NCBI GenBank assembly: GCA_951406725.2
Contig: OX597824.1
Span: 58,900,001-58,964,000 of the forward strand
DNA: 64,000 bases
DNA from: Octopus vulgaris
Lineage: Eukaryota
Direction of reading: 5' to 3'
A program made the position numbers and the translations under genes. Below the pieces are notes generated by a model. It had not been told where the DNA came from, searched no databases, and was given only the letters and a program-made list of their open reading frames with translations. Below, one piece after another: positions 1-11,786 of the stretch. How positions within the stretch are numbered: position 1 is the stretch's first letter; every line of letters starts with the position of its first letter.

Positions 1-62
<62 letters not shown>

Positions 63-67
63 CATCA

Positions 68-138
<71 letters not shown>
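1..138. repeat. (ATT)n microsatellite, tail/target of the adjacent Dong/R4 element
   Basis: Direct reading of the sequence. Confidence 0.97.
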
Positions 139-1530
139 TTTATAGCGTGCTTTCACTTCAGTACCGAGCGCAGCTCTGTGTGCCTTAGGTATGTGCTGTG
201 ATCTGTTGTGATGCTCTGATGGTTACTGTATTGAACGTGTTCTGCGTAGGATGTGTGCAGTGCCTCGTAGTGCAATTTTCTGTATGTTATATGTGGTTGT
301 AAGTCCTGGTGTTTTTGTTATGTATTTGTCTGTATATTTTTTTATCATGCCTAATGCATCTACTATGATAGGAATTGTTTCTGTCTTTAGATTCCACATT
401 CTGGTTACCTCTATTTCCAGGTCTTCGTATTTTGAAAGTTTCTCCATTTCTTTTAGAGGCACGTTGTCATCTGCTGGTATTGATACATCAATTAGAAAGC
501 ATTTTTTTCTTCATGATCTCTGACAACTATATCTGGTCTGTTGGCTTTAATTTCTCTATCTGTGTGTATTGGCAAATCCTAGAGTATAGTTGCTTTCTCG
601 TTTTCTGTGACCTTTCCTGGTGTGTGCCTATACCATCTTTTTTCTGTTGTTATTCCATAATGTTGGCATAGCTTCCAGAGTATGTAGGTCCCAACTCTGT
701 CGTGTCTGTGAATATATTCCTTCTTAGCCAGGACTGGGCAGCCAGAGATGATATGATAAATTGTTTCTTGTCCATCTCCACATATTCTGCAGTTACTTGT
801 TATATTTCTTTTCATTACATGTTTTTGGTAATTTCTGGTGGAGAGGCTTTGGTATTGTGTTGCAATTAAAAATCCCTCTGTCTCTACTTTTAGTCCTGAG
901 CTTCTCAACCATTGCTGGGATTTTTCTTTGTCTATTTCTTTTGCATTTAGTTTAGTCCAGTATTTACCATGAAGGGGCTTTTCTTGCTATCGTCTTATCA
1001 TGGTCCGTTGACGTAACATTTCTATCCGCATCCAGTTCTATTTAGCATATCAGATAGAGGTGACAGTGCCAAGCAGAAAAGCAGTGGAGTGAGCGTGTCT
1101 CCCTGGAATATTCCTCTTCTAATGGGGATGGCTTTGGTTTTCACGAGTCCCTCTTTTGTTTGGAGCTGTAGCACTGTCTGCCATTTATTCATAGAGTGTC
1201 CTATGTATTTTCTAATTGTTAGTGCTACTTTGTTAATGGCTAGTGTTTCGGGGATCCATGTGTGGGGGATGCTATCAAACACCTTTCTGTAGTCGATCCA
1301 GGCCATACTGTGGTCTTTCTTCTTTCTGTGGTTGTCTTCAGTTATGGCTTTATTGATCATTAGCTGATCTTTTCAGCCATATAAGCCTTTGCGGCATCCT
1401 TTCTGCTCTTCTGGAAACAGGTTGTTTTCATCCAGGTGGTTGTTTAATCTGTGAAATTACTGCAGTAAATGATTTGTACATTGTAGGGAGACAGGTTATA
1501 GGTCTGTAGTTTTCTGGTTTTGCTGTCTCA
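139..1530 (-). mobile_element. Dong/R4-like RLE non-LTR retrotransposon, 5'-truncated and internally deleted
   Basis: Minus-strand RT motifs NYRPITCLPTMYK, WIDYRKVFDSIPH, RGIFQGDTLTPLLFCL; zinc knuckle CRICG..ETIYHIISGC..RHD; endonuclease end EKLSKYEDLEIE..IQKIALRGTAHILRR; (TAA)n tail. Confidence 0.9.
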
Positions 1531-1844
1531 TATACGCGCACATACAGAGAGGTATATACACACATACATACAATATTACGATTATTGAAATAAAAGAATG
1601 ATTGGAGTAAAAATCTACGAGAACATAACTTCGATATCATCAATAGTGAAATGTATATATTTAATCTGAATATACAGTGTTTTAGTATCTATTAATACCT
1701 GAAATATGTTCACACTTTGGCAACTCCCGTATGTGTTTGCAAAGAACGCATTAGCAGAATTGGTTTTAAAGAATACAATAGTTTTACAGTTACATTAGAG
1801 TAGGTAAGCATGTTGTCATTTCACTAATAATATTTCAAATATCT

Positions 1845-2062
1845 AAGGCGGTGAACTAGCCGAATCGTTAGCAACCCGACATTTTGTACGTCTTTAGGTT
1901 CGTCTTTAGGTTCTTCGTGCAAAATTCCGCCGAAGTCAACTTTGCGTCTCATCCTTTCGAGGTTGATAAAATAAATACCCTTTGAACACTGGTGTCGATT
2001 TAATCGGTTTAGCGTCTCCCTCGAATTTATTTGTTTTGTGCCAAAATTTGAAACCAATATTT
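1845..2062 (+). mobile_element. tRNA-derived SINE with Nin-like core
   Basis: Head aaggcggtgaactagccgaatcgttagc and core gtcaactttgc..catcctttcgaggttgataaaataaatacc; several paralogs in the window. Confidence 0.7.
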
Positions 2063-2424
2063 CAAACATCTTGAGTCTTCTGATAGCCAGATTATCTAGA
2101 GGAGACTATCATTTCTAGATAATTGATGACATTAGATGTTTGAATTTTAAATTGAAGAAATTTTAAATCGAAGAAAATTCATTGAATATACATATTTACT
2201 TCCTTTTTAGCGTATACATTACAAGGAGCTTACAATGTTTAATCTTAGGTAATCCTGTAAGAGCGCAATTTAATTTTTATAAAGAAATCGCCAGCTTCAT
2301 ATTACCTATATTTTACGTGTAATGTCAATTACGAAAAACAAAATAGATACGAAATACACGAAAGAAGTTCCATAAAGATATTGGGATACCACATTGTGTT
2401 CTTAAAATATTGACTAATGATTAT

Positions 2425-3030
2425 AAGAACGATAATTCCGTCTAATTTTTGTGCAAGGCCAACAACTTTTAAGGGTGAGAGTTTAGTCGATCGCATCAAA
2501 CGAGTACTTGACTGGCACTTTAGTTTGTCGAAGCCCAACGTCAAAAGAATGACAGGTAAGGTTGATCTTGGCGTGTATGAACTGAATACGTAAACAGCGG
2601 AAGTATTTCCGCCAAGCATTTTGTCGGAGGTGTTAGCGATCCTGCCAACTCGCTACCTTAGTAATAATGGTTTCATATTTTGGCACAGGACCGGTAATTT
2701 CGGCGGAGAGGGTAAGTCGATTACCTCGAACCCAGTGCTCAACAAGTATTTATTTTATTGACCCCGAAAGGATGAAAGTCAAAGTCAATCTCGGTGGTAT
2801 TTGAACTCAAAACTTAAAGACGGACGAATGCTCCCAAGAATTTTTGCTCGGCGTGCTAACGATTCTGTCAGTTAACCACCTCAATAATAATAATAAGAAG
2901 AATTTTCTTCTAATTTTTTTACTATGCCAGCAATTTTGAAGTGGGGTGGAGGCGAACTGATTACATCGACCCGTGCTTGATTGGTATTTCAATTGATCGA
3001 TTCTGAGTATGCGAAAGGCAGCGCTGACCT
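2425..3030 (-). mobile_element. Three tandem degenerate Nin-like SINE copies
   Basis: Reverse complements of the 1845/8008 family at about 2425-2660, 2675-2882 and 2915-3030. Confidence 0.7.
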
Positions 3031-4084
3031 CTAGAATACTATGGAGATGAATATTGGCAGAAAGTTGATACAAGTTGATTAGTTTTCAAAGGAATCTTCA
3101 GAAACATCAAAATAATGTTAAAAGAACTATTAAAGATAAAAATAATAATGAGAATATACCCACGTTTTATAATTATATATGCTGTTGGAAAATTACTAGA
3201 AGTTTCTAAAATTCAAATAAGTTTAGCGGCTTAAAAATATTAGGAGGGTAACAATGACCCCCGAACTTACTGTGAACGATGGGAAATTTAGCTAGCTTAT
3301 TTGCTAAGTACACTATCTTAAATAAATATGATGAAACAATCTCAACTTGTGAGCATAAATCTCTGGAAACTTATCACTGCTGCAAATCTTCACCTTTCCT
3401 AAATTTCTGTCGTGTGTATGTGTGTGTGTCTGTGTTTGCGTGTGTTTGTTTGTGTTTGTGTGCATGTGTGTGTTTGTGTGTGTTTATTCAAGCAGAACAC
3501 AATTGCAAATCCTATGTATTTCAACTAGTAATTTTCCAGAGCCAAGTAATTTTTATCAGTTATTCCTGAACGTATTATTACAGAATATTATTATTAATTA
3601 ATGAAATAACTACTCTTTATTTTGATAATTGAATCATATATTCAGAATACAATTTTATATTTCTATAGCTTTCTAGTAATACCAGCGGATTCATGACTCA
3701 GACATATTACACTACTTTTGTCACTACTCAACACTACATTCCTTATGTATACATGTGCGCGCGCGGCGTGTCTGTGGATTGTTTACTTTTATATATAAAT
3801 ATATATAAGTGTCGAATTGCTTACTCTGTACATCCACTCTGCTGTTGTATTTTATTCGAAGCCCTAACTCTCCATAAATTTTATATTTAAAAAGTTTCTG
3901 GATGCTGCTCTCTTATGAAGTCTTCTTATCTTGCCATTGAAAGCATCAAATAGAGAATAATAAACAGTCGACAACTGAGATGAGATTAGACTTCTTTTGG
4001 CATTTTGTCCCGGACTTGTCTCTCGTTATGAGTTTGAGTATTTTTCACACGTTGGTGATGTCCTGTTTTTAATGTGTATATTTG

Positions 4085-4111
4085 ATATATATATATATAT
4101 ATAAGTGTATG

Positions 4112-4146
<35 letters not shown>

Positions 4147-4153
4147 ATATATG

Positions 4154-4203
<50 letters not shown>

Positions 4204-4238
4204 ATATGTGTATGTATGCATATGTATCTATATGTATA
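4085..4238. repeat. (TA)n/(TATG)n microsatellite
   Basis: Direct reading. Confidence 0.95.
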
Positions 4239-4239
4239 T

Positions 4240-4800
4240 CCCTTTTCTAAATTTTATCATTCAGTAATAAAAGCTCCTAACACAGAATTCTTTCTTTATT
4301 CTGATTATTTCAGAAGGTATAATTTTCTTTATAATTTCTAACTTTGAATGGGTCGGCAGTTAAAACGATGTAATCAGTACCACTTGGATTAAGATCATAT
4401 TTCTTAGATTTGCCTTTAACCAGGCATAAAGATGGTAAATGGCAATCACATGTATACTTTTTAATATTGTTAGGGATAGCATAATAAATTACTTATTAGT
4501 TTATTATTTATTGATGTATAATATATAGTGATGTCTGTTATTGTTCAGAAAATAGATTTAAAAGCGTAGTAGCTAAACATTTTCTGTGTTTTTACATACT
4601 GAGAGAAATGCACAAATTTGCAGAAATATTTTCACATTTGGTGTTATAAATATTAATCCATATTTCTTACATATTAATCAATATTTCGTACATATACATT
4701 TCCAGCCATTATGGACATTCCTGAATCGATTTAAACTCCAAAAAGTGTTCGTTTCTCCCCATCTAAATGCTACAAGCTGGTCCGACACCAGTTGTTTGGT
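4240..4800 (-). mobile_element. Highly decayed Naiad-type PLE relic (RT end, Cys linker, GIY-YIG start)
   Basis: Frameshifted minus-strand peptides FSQYVKT, CDCHLPSLCLVKG and YIVLTADPFK resemble PPFSVNVKT, CxC..CP and YIG...FKxR of the other Naiad relics. Confidence 0.4.
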
Positions 4801-5227
4801 TGTCTTTACTTTTTATACTTGTATTATCGATACATATACATATGTATGTATGTGTGTGTGTGTATATATAATCACATGTTATGTAACAGCGTGCATATAT
4901 GTGCATGCATATATGCCTCTATAGAAACATTTACGTATACATACACACGTGCCCAGATTCACACATTCCCATATTTATATGCATATATTAAACAAATCGA
5001 AAAATTTTTTGCTTCTACTTTTTAAAGGTAGAATTATATGAATAGTTTCAATAAGAACTATTACAGGAAGCGACATGTTGTGATGAAACTGATAGGTGTA
5101 GTTTAGTGACGGAGCACGCAGATATCCCTGTATTAATGTATGAACATTCATATGTGTGTAGGATGTGCATGTCTGTGTGTGTGTGTATATAGATGTATAT
5201 ATGTATGTACTCACTCACACACACACA

Positions 5228-5548
5228 CGTGGTAAGTAGCTTACTTATCAACCACATGGTTCCGGGTTCAGTCCCACTGCGTGGCATGTTGGGCAAGTGT
5301 CTTCGACTATAGCCCCGGGCCGACCAAAGCCTTGTGAGTGGATTTGGCAGACGGAAACTGAAAGAAGCCCGTCGTATATATGTATATATGTATATATGCG
5401 TGTGCGTGTATGTTTGTGTGTCTGTGTTTGTCCCCCAAGCATTGCTTGACAACCGATGCTGGTGTGTTTACGTCGCCGTCACGGATTTGCTCGACTAAAG
5501 GCGGTGCTACAGTATGGCCGCAGTCAAATGACTGAAACAAGTAAAAGA
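5228..5548 (+). mobile_element. tRNA-derived SINE
   Basis: gtggtaagtagc...ggttccgggttcagtccc (A/B-box-like head) and body ttgggcaagtgtcttc..ccgaccaaagccttgtgagtggatttgg; paralogs at 7485, 18720, 20706, 26470, 27205. Confidence 0.8.
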
Positions 5549-6214
5549 TTATGTATATATATATATATATACGTATGTATGTATAAATTTTACACTATAC
5601 AAGTCCGTTTGTATGTGTTTATGTATGCATCTATGATAGCACTGGTGTTTGCCTCCATTTTTGTTGTTACTGCCGTTGTTGCTGTTCTTTATGCTTTTTT
5701 TTCTCCTTTTACTTCTTTCTGTATTTTCTTTTCTCTTTATTATTTATTTTGATTTTGCCGTCTTTTTTTATTTTACATTTTTATTTTTTCTTGATGCAGT
5801 CTGTCAAAATATGAAAATTAAGATCGCAAACCAGTCTGCAGCATTTGATGGAATTTCAAGATGTTCAGATATTTTGAATCAGGAATTCAACTTCAAAAGT
5901 ATTTTCTTTCTCTCTTTCTTTCTCTCAAAGTTTCTCTCTCCGCTTCCCTATTACTTTCTCTTCCACTCTGCCTACCTCTCCCCACTCTCTTTCCCTCTCG
6001 TTTATTTAGTTATTTCTCTTCTCCTTCAAACTTGACGGAAAAACGTGGGAGGGAATGTAAGGAAAAATATTAAATATTAGGCCGTTATCCCACAGGAAAA
6101 ATAGTTGATAGGAAACCGTGATGATGGCTTTTGCATCAATGTTTTCAATAAAAGAAGGAAGGAGAAAAAAAGGAAATAACGGAAAACTATGGCTTCACAT
6201 ACCGACCTGCACAC

Positions 6215-6346
6215 AGATACGCGCACACGCATACATACACCTTTATGCGTGTATATATATATATATATATATATATACATACATACATACATACATACAT
6301 ACAATATTATATATATATACATATACATACATACATACATACATAC

Positions 6347-6379
<33 letters not shown>

Positions 6380-6474
6380 CAAGCATTTATATATACTGAT
6401 GCACATCCTTCGAATAATAATGTTTTTATCTTTATACTGATACACATATACGTGTATGTGTCTATGTATGCGTG

Positions 6475-6554
<80 letters not shown>

Positions 6555-6914
6555 TGCGTGTGTATATTTACGTATAATTCATGTGCATTTTTGCATGTAT
6601 ATATGTCTGTCTGCCTGTACATATTCAGACATATATATATATATGTGTATATATACATATATACACACATACATACACACATATATATATATTCCTAGTT
6701 ACATACACATACAGATACATACATACGTACGTACATACATACATACACATATACTTACATAGAGATATATACGGTTTAAATCCTTGTGGTTTCTTGATGA
6801 CAGCCATATGGTTATTGTTTTAGCAGCTAAGTTAAACAGTCCAAGTAAGCAATGGTGTGCCGATGATTGGATAGTCTAGCAGTTATGTTGATCAGCAATG
6901 TATAAGTATATTAG

Positions 6915-6963
<49 letters not shown>

Positions 6964-7031
6964 GTATATATATGGGTATATATGAATATATGCAAATATA
7001 TATGTATACTTATACATATGCATATATATGC

Positions 7032-7105
<74 letters not shown>

Positions 7106-7110
7106 AAATA
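6215..7110. repeat. Compound (TA)n/(TACA)n/(TG)n microsatellites
   Basis: Direct reading. Confidence 0.93.
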
Positions 7111-7484
7111 TATACCTACATTTGTACGTGTAAATATGCATACCAAGGTACAGCCGCACGCAGCAGCGTTTAATGTAATATAATAATGTAGAGCCATATT
7201 CAACACATTCTTGTACACTTCAATGTGGGAAGTTATTCCTCTGCAGAAATAGATATAGGAGAAAATTCTCCTAATAGAGAAAATGCATTCAGATTCATTG
7301 GACTATGAATGACGTCATCGGATCATAGAAACATGTATTTCAGTGTCCTTGCGCACCGTCAGCTGCAAATACTGAATATAATTAAATTTTATTCGCGCGT
7401 GTTTGTGTGTGTGTATGTGTGCGTGCGCATGTTTATGTGTGTTTGCGCGTGTTTGTGTGTGTGTGTGTGTGTGTGTTAGTGCAG

Positions 7485-7635
7485 ATGTGGCCGTGTGGTT
7501 AAAAATTTGCTTCCCCACCACAAAGTTTCGCGTTTAATCATATGGCATTTCATTTTGGGCACGTTTCTTCTAATATAAATTCGGTCCGACCAAAGTCTCG
7601 TGAGTGGATTCAGCTGAGGAAAACTGAAAGAAGAG
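7485..7635 (+). mobile_element. SINE fragment (5228 family)
   Basis: gtggccgtgtggttaaaa..ccgaccaaagtctcgtgagtggatt. Confidence 0.65.
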
Positions 7636-8007
7636 TGTTTGAAGAAATTGTACATTCAAAGTGAATTTGAACTACAGTAACTGGAAGTTTGTGTTGATGA
7701 CATCCAAGTAAGAAATCTTAGTAGTGCTATGAGTGGGATCTAGTTAAGTGCAGACACATTTATCCGAGTGAAGCTTGTGAAAAGAATGTAGACTGTGAAA
7801 CAGAGATGTAAAGAGAATTACGCTGGAGAGGAACTGAACGATTGGTTTTGATGTTGGTACGAGCGGACTTGTATAGTGTAAAATTTGTGGGGGAGTGGAT
7901 CAAGAAAATTTTCTGCAAATGATCTGAAGAAGTTGAAACCATATTATAAGCAAACTAGTAGCATAGATCACAGCGGGGTATTAGTCACAGATCTAGGACT
8001 TTATATT

Positions 8008-8220
8008 CTTTTCTATTCTAGGCACAAAGCCCGAAATTTTGAGGGAGGGTCCAGTCGATAAGACCGACACCAGTATGCAGCTGGTACTTAATTTATCGAC
8101 CCCAAAATTATGAAAGGCAAAGTCGACCTCGGCGGAATTTGAACTCAGAATGTAAAGACAGACGAAATACCGCTAAGCATTTCGCCCGGTGTGGTAACGT
8201 CTCTGCCAGCTCACCAACTT
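8008..8220 (-). mobile_element. Nin-like SINE with 16-bp target-site duplication
   Basis: tctaggactttatatt at 7992-8007 and 8221-8236 flanks a complete minus-strand copy. Confidence 0.85.
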
Positions 8221-9203
8221 TCTAGGACTTTATATTATTTAATATTGATCCAACACTGAAACCTACTGAATCTTTACCCTCTGACCACACATAATATTAT
8301 TTCTAGGAAATTACAGAGGATGTTGTCACGTTTGATGCTCGCAATACTTATTTTCCTGATGGCAGCCTGGTTTCAATAGAATGCAAGGTTAGAACATTAG
8401 AACATTATATGGGCCAGAGGTTGGTCTCACAGTAGGTGACCCCTTTGGCCAAGCAAACCAAATCAAGGTAATTACATCTTTCTACATAATTCTACATTCT
8501 TTGCAGAAACTCGCACGAGAGGTCGTTCTTGTTTCTTTGTTTTGTTTTGGGTTACTTAATCCGTTACTCAGGTTAACTCAGTTACCCGGTGCTTGGGTGC
8601 CTATAGCAGAATTCCCGTTATTGCAAATATTTGACCCATGACTCCTGGCAATGGATGAGTGCTTCCCAGCGTCGAGAAAGGCCCGAGAAAAGGGATGACT
8701 CTGTCCTTTGAACTCCGACCAAAATATGTCAGAAAAATGTTGGGTGTAATTTGAGAGGAATGTGATTTCTTTTCTAGCAGATAGAAAGACACTTAGAGGT
8801 TATCTCTTCAGCTCGCAAATTACAGAATTGCTAAATGAAATGAGCTGTTGTCTATCACTTATTGCAGATATATTTGAGATGATGATTAGATTAAAGTCAA
8901 CAGCTACATTCATTTGATAGTAAAATACTAACATACTAAACACACACTATATAATGATGCGTAAAACTATGTATATAACTATTAACACTAATATATTTTC
9001 ACTTCGAAATGGGACATGTGAAAGGAAAATATATAAATAAACAGGAAATTAATTGTGTGAATCGATCTCAAATATTCTGGCAAATGTTCAACTAAATTGC
9101 TGTCAAATTAACGGATATTCATTAAATTTAAATTACATATACTTCTTCTTATCGTTAAAACACATTTACAAATACACTAGCAAGCAACGTATCTGTTACT
9201 TAC

Positions 9204-9234
<31 letters not shown>

Positions 9235-9518
9235 GATACATACATACATACATACATACATACATACATGCATGCACACATACACACACACACACAGATG
9301 TATACATATGTACACATACATATATATGCATCTATGTATATATGTATATATACATACACATGCACACACGCCTATATATATATATATATATATACACATA
9401 CAAATATATATATATAAAAAAATAGCTAGTGATAAAATTTCAGGAAGAGATAGAGTAGTAACGCATACTAAATAGTAAAGCGAGTAACCACAACAAAGTA
9501 GCAGTTGAACTTGGGTAG

Positions 9519-9576
9519 TTCACACTGGTGAGGCTCAAAGATTAAATATCCAAAAGCCGAAACCCGGGTATGTGGA
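9519..9576 (+). ncRNA. Type-I hammerhead ribozyme motif (variant core CUGGUGA)
   Basis: ttcaca CTGGTGA ggct..agcc GAAAC ccgg GTA tgtgga: stems I and II and palindromic stem III ACCCGGGU all pair. Confidence 0.65.
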
Positions 9577-10109
9577 TGTCCTAAAATGTGTAATATTTTA
9601 TTTTGTTCAGTTGAATGTATAAATTCTTTCCGTTTTCCCTGCATACGTCTTTCCTCAGTTATCTTGGTGCTGTACAGTAGATTAATTTAAGACTTTAGCT
9701 CATATTTTTAGCAGATGAATGCATTTCAAGCATCATTACGCTTCGCGCAAATTTATATATATATATATATATGTGCGTGTGTGTGTGTGTATACTAATAA
9801 AAAGGGAAGAATTTCGATTATCCCCACGTGGTGAATTGTAATATATATCAGAAATTAAAGAAGGAAAATGCACACACATAGTTTTCATATGATTTTTAAT
9901 ATATCTTGTATTGTGTTTGTTGACCGGTTTCCCTTTTGCTATTCGTGACATTAAAATTTATTTAAAAACATATTTTCTTAAGAAGAATTTTTTTGTTAAT
10001 GAATGAACGATTCAACAATTATAAAAATCTAAAGGGATGTAATTGCTTATCGTTATTATTGTAGACATGGGAGACAACTGTTCAGTTTCCGGCAGGGTGG
10101 GGGGAATTT

Positions 10110-10963
10110 CCTTCCTCCTTCCTTTCTGTCTTCCCTCTTCCCTCTTCTCCCTTCTTTCCTCTTTCTTCCTTCTTCCCTCCTCTTCTTTCCTCTTTCTTCT
10201 TCCCTCTTCCCCTTCTCTCTCTCTCTGCTCCTTCACTCCCCTTCTCTCTCCCCCTACCCTCCCCCTTCCTCCTCTCCCCTCCCTCCTCTCCTTTCCCACC
10301 CCTCCTCTTCTCCTCTCCTTCCCTCTCCCCCTTTCCCCCTCCGCCTTCTTCTCTTTCCTTCTCCCCCCTCTCATCTCACCCTCACCCCTCCTTCTTTACC
10401 CCCCCCCTCATCTAACCCTCCTCACTCTCACCTTTCCTCTTCTCCCTCTTTCCTTCTCCCCCTCTTCCCCCTCTCACCTCCCCCTCATCTCTCCTCCCCT
10501 CTCCCCCTCATCTCCCCCTCTCCTCCACTCTCTCTCTCACTCTCCCCCTCATCTCCCCTCTCTACACCACACCATACGACATTACACAGCACATCATACA
10601 TACATACACACGTCCAGACCTTTCATACGTACCACATACTCCCTCATACACACACGCACCCTTATGTTGGGGCGAAGTCATTTGACCCTGTTATCTCCAT
10701 CATTTTCGCTCTTGCGTCTCACGTTTGATCCCTGACTTCTGGCCAGAATCAGTTCGCTATGTTGAATCGCTAGCTTCTGCACGCATTTTTTTTCTCTCCT
10801 TGTTTCTCACCGTGTTTCTTTTCTGTGTATCTTTCTGTTGAAGAGCGTAGGCTCGAAACGTAAAAGACTTGTTTTATTTATATTCCTGAGCGCCATACTA
10901 ATACAATTGTTTGTTTGTACTCCACCTGCCTTCGTCTTTTGTTTCTTTTCATAAAGCTTCCCG

Positions 10964-10965
<2 letters not shown>
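10110..10965 (+). mobile_element. Upstream pseudo-LTR copy of the Neptune-type PLE (pyrimidine tract plus hammerhead and tail)
   Basis: Direct repeat of 14626-15555, near-identical over about 10560-10965. Confidence 0.88.
10830..10867 (+). ncRNA. Minimal PLE hammerhead ribozyme (core CUGUUGA)
   Basis: tcttt CTGTTGA a gagc gtag gctc GAAAC GTA aaaga; lies in a pseudo-LTR as expected for PLE hammerheads. Confidence 0.7.
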
Positions 10966-11010
<45 letters not shown>

Positions 11011-11263
11011 AAAATTCACGATTACATACCCATCACTGTATATATTTCTCACAACCACTCTAGTGTTTGAATTTTTGTGTATATATATATATTCCCACCA
11101 CCCTGCCGAAAAGTGAGCAGTTATCTACCCTGTCCACAATAATATCGATAACCAATTACCTCCCTTTAGATTTTTCTAAATGTTGAATAGTTTATTCATA
11201 AACTCCACACACAACATGGACAAACAAATTCTTCTTAAAAATGCGTATTTAAATAAATTTTTA

Positions 11264-11296
11264 TGTCATGAATAGCGAAAGCGAAACCGGTCTACA
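11264..11296 (+). ncRNA. Minimal hammerhead-like motif with A3-U8 core
   Basis: tgtc ATGAATA gc gaaa gc GAAAC cg GTC taca; partner copy on the minus strand at about 9927-9951. Confidence 0.45.
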
Positions 11297-11786
11297 AACA
11301 CAATTAAAGATATTGCAAAAATTTTATAAAAACTGTGTAAAGTGTGTGCATCTTTAATTTCTCATATATATATATATACCACGACGTCTATACATTGTTA
11401 ACCTTGAACTCTCAACCTTGAACTTGTTCGTATAAACTGTCCCGTTCGTTTTATTTTATTTTCTCATATATTATCTTTTTTTTACATTCATTTCATACTT
11501 TCCACAATTTCCTGCATTTTTTGTCCTCCTTTCCGTCGTGTCTTTCTTCTCTGGATGTCCATACTCTGTTTCCTCTGCCTGCACCCCCTTTTTCTTGCCT
11601 CCCCATCTCTCTGCTTCCTTCCTTTCTTTCCTTTTCCATTTGTCCCATCTTCGCCTCTATTTTCTGCCATTACCGCTTTTTTTATCTAGTTTTTTCATAC
11701 GATTGTTTTTTTTTGTTGTTTTTTTTCGAACGTTTGATTTTCCCCCTCCCTCCTTTTTTCCTCTCCTTTTTTTTCACTATTCCACC

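Larger units (their letters stand above)
9845..11365. repeat. Diverged ~265-bp inverted repeat pair (9845-10108 / 11090-11365) bracketing a PLE pseudo-LTR
   Basis: ggcagggtggggggaat vs attcccaccaccctgcc; ttgtgtttgttgaccggttt vs aaaccggtctacaaacacaa. Confidence 0.85.

Noticed and set aside
7640-8830. Possible old LINE 3' fragments
   Set aside because: Motifs too decayed to assign
10043-10735. 230-aa Pro/Leu/Ser ORF and its 243-aa twin at 14594
   Set aside because: Stop-free pyrimidine tracts of PLE pseudo-LTRs
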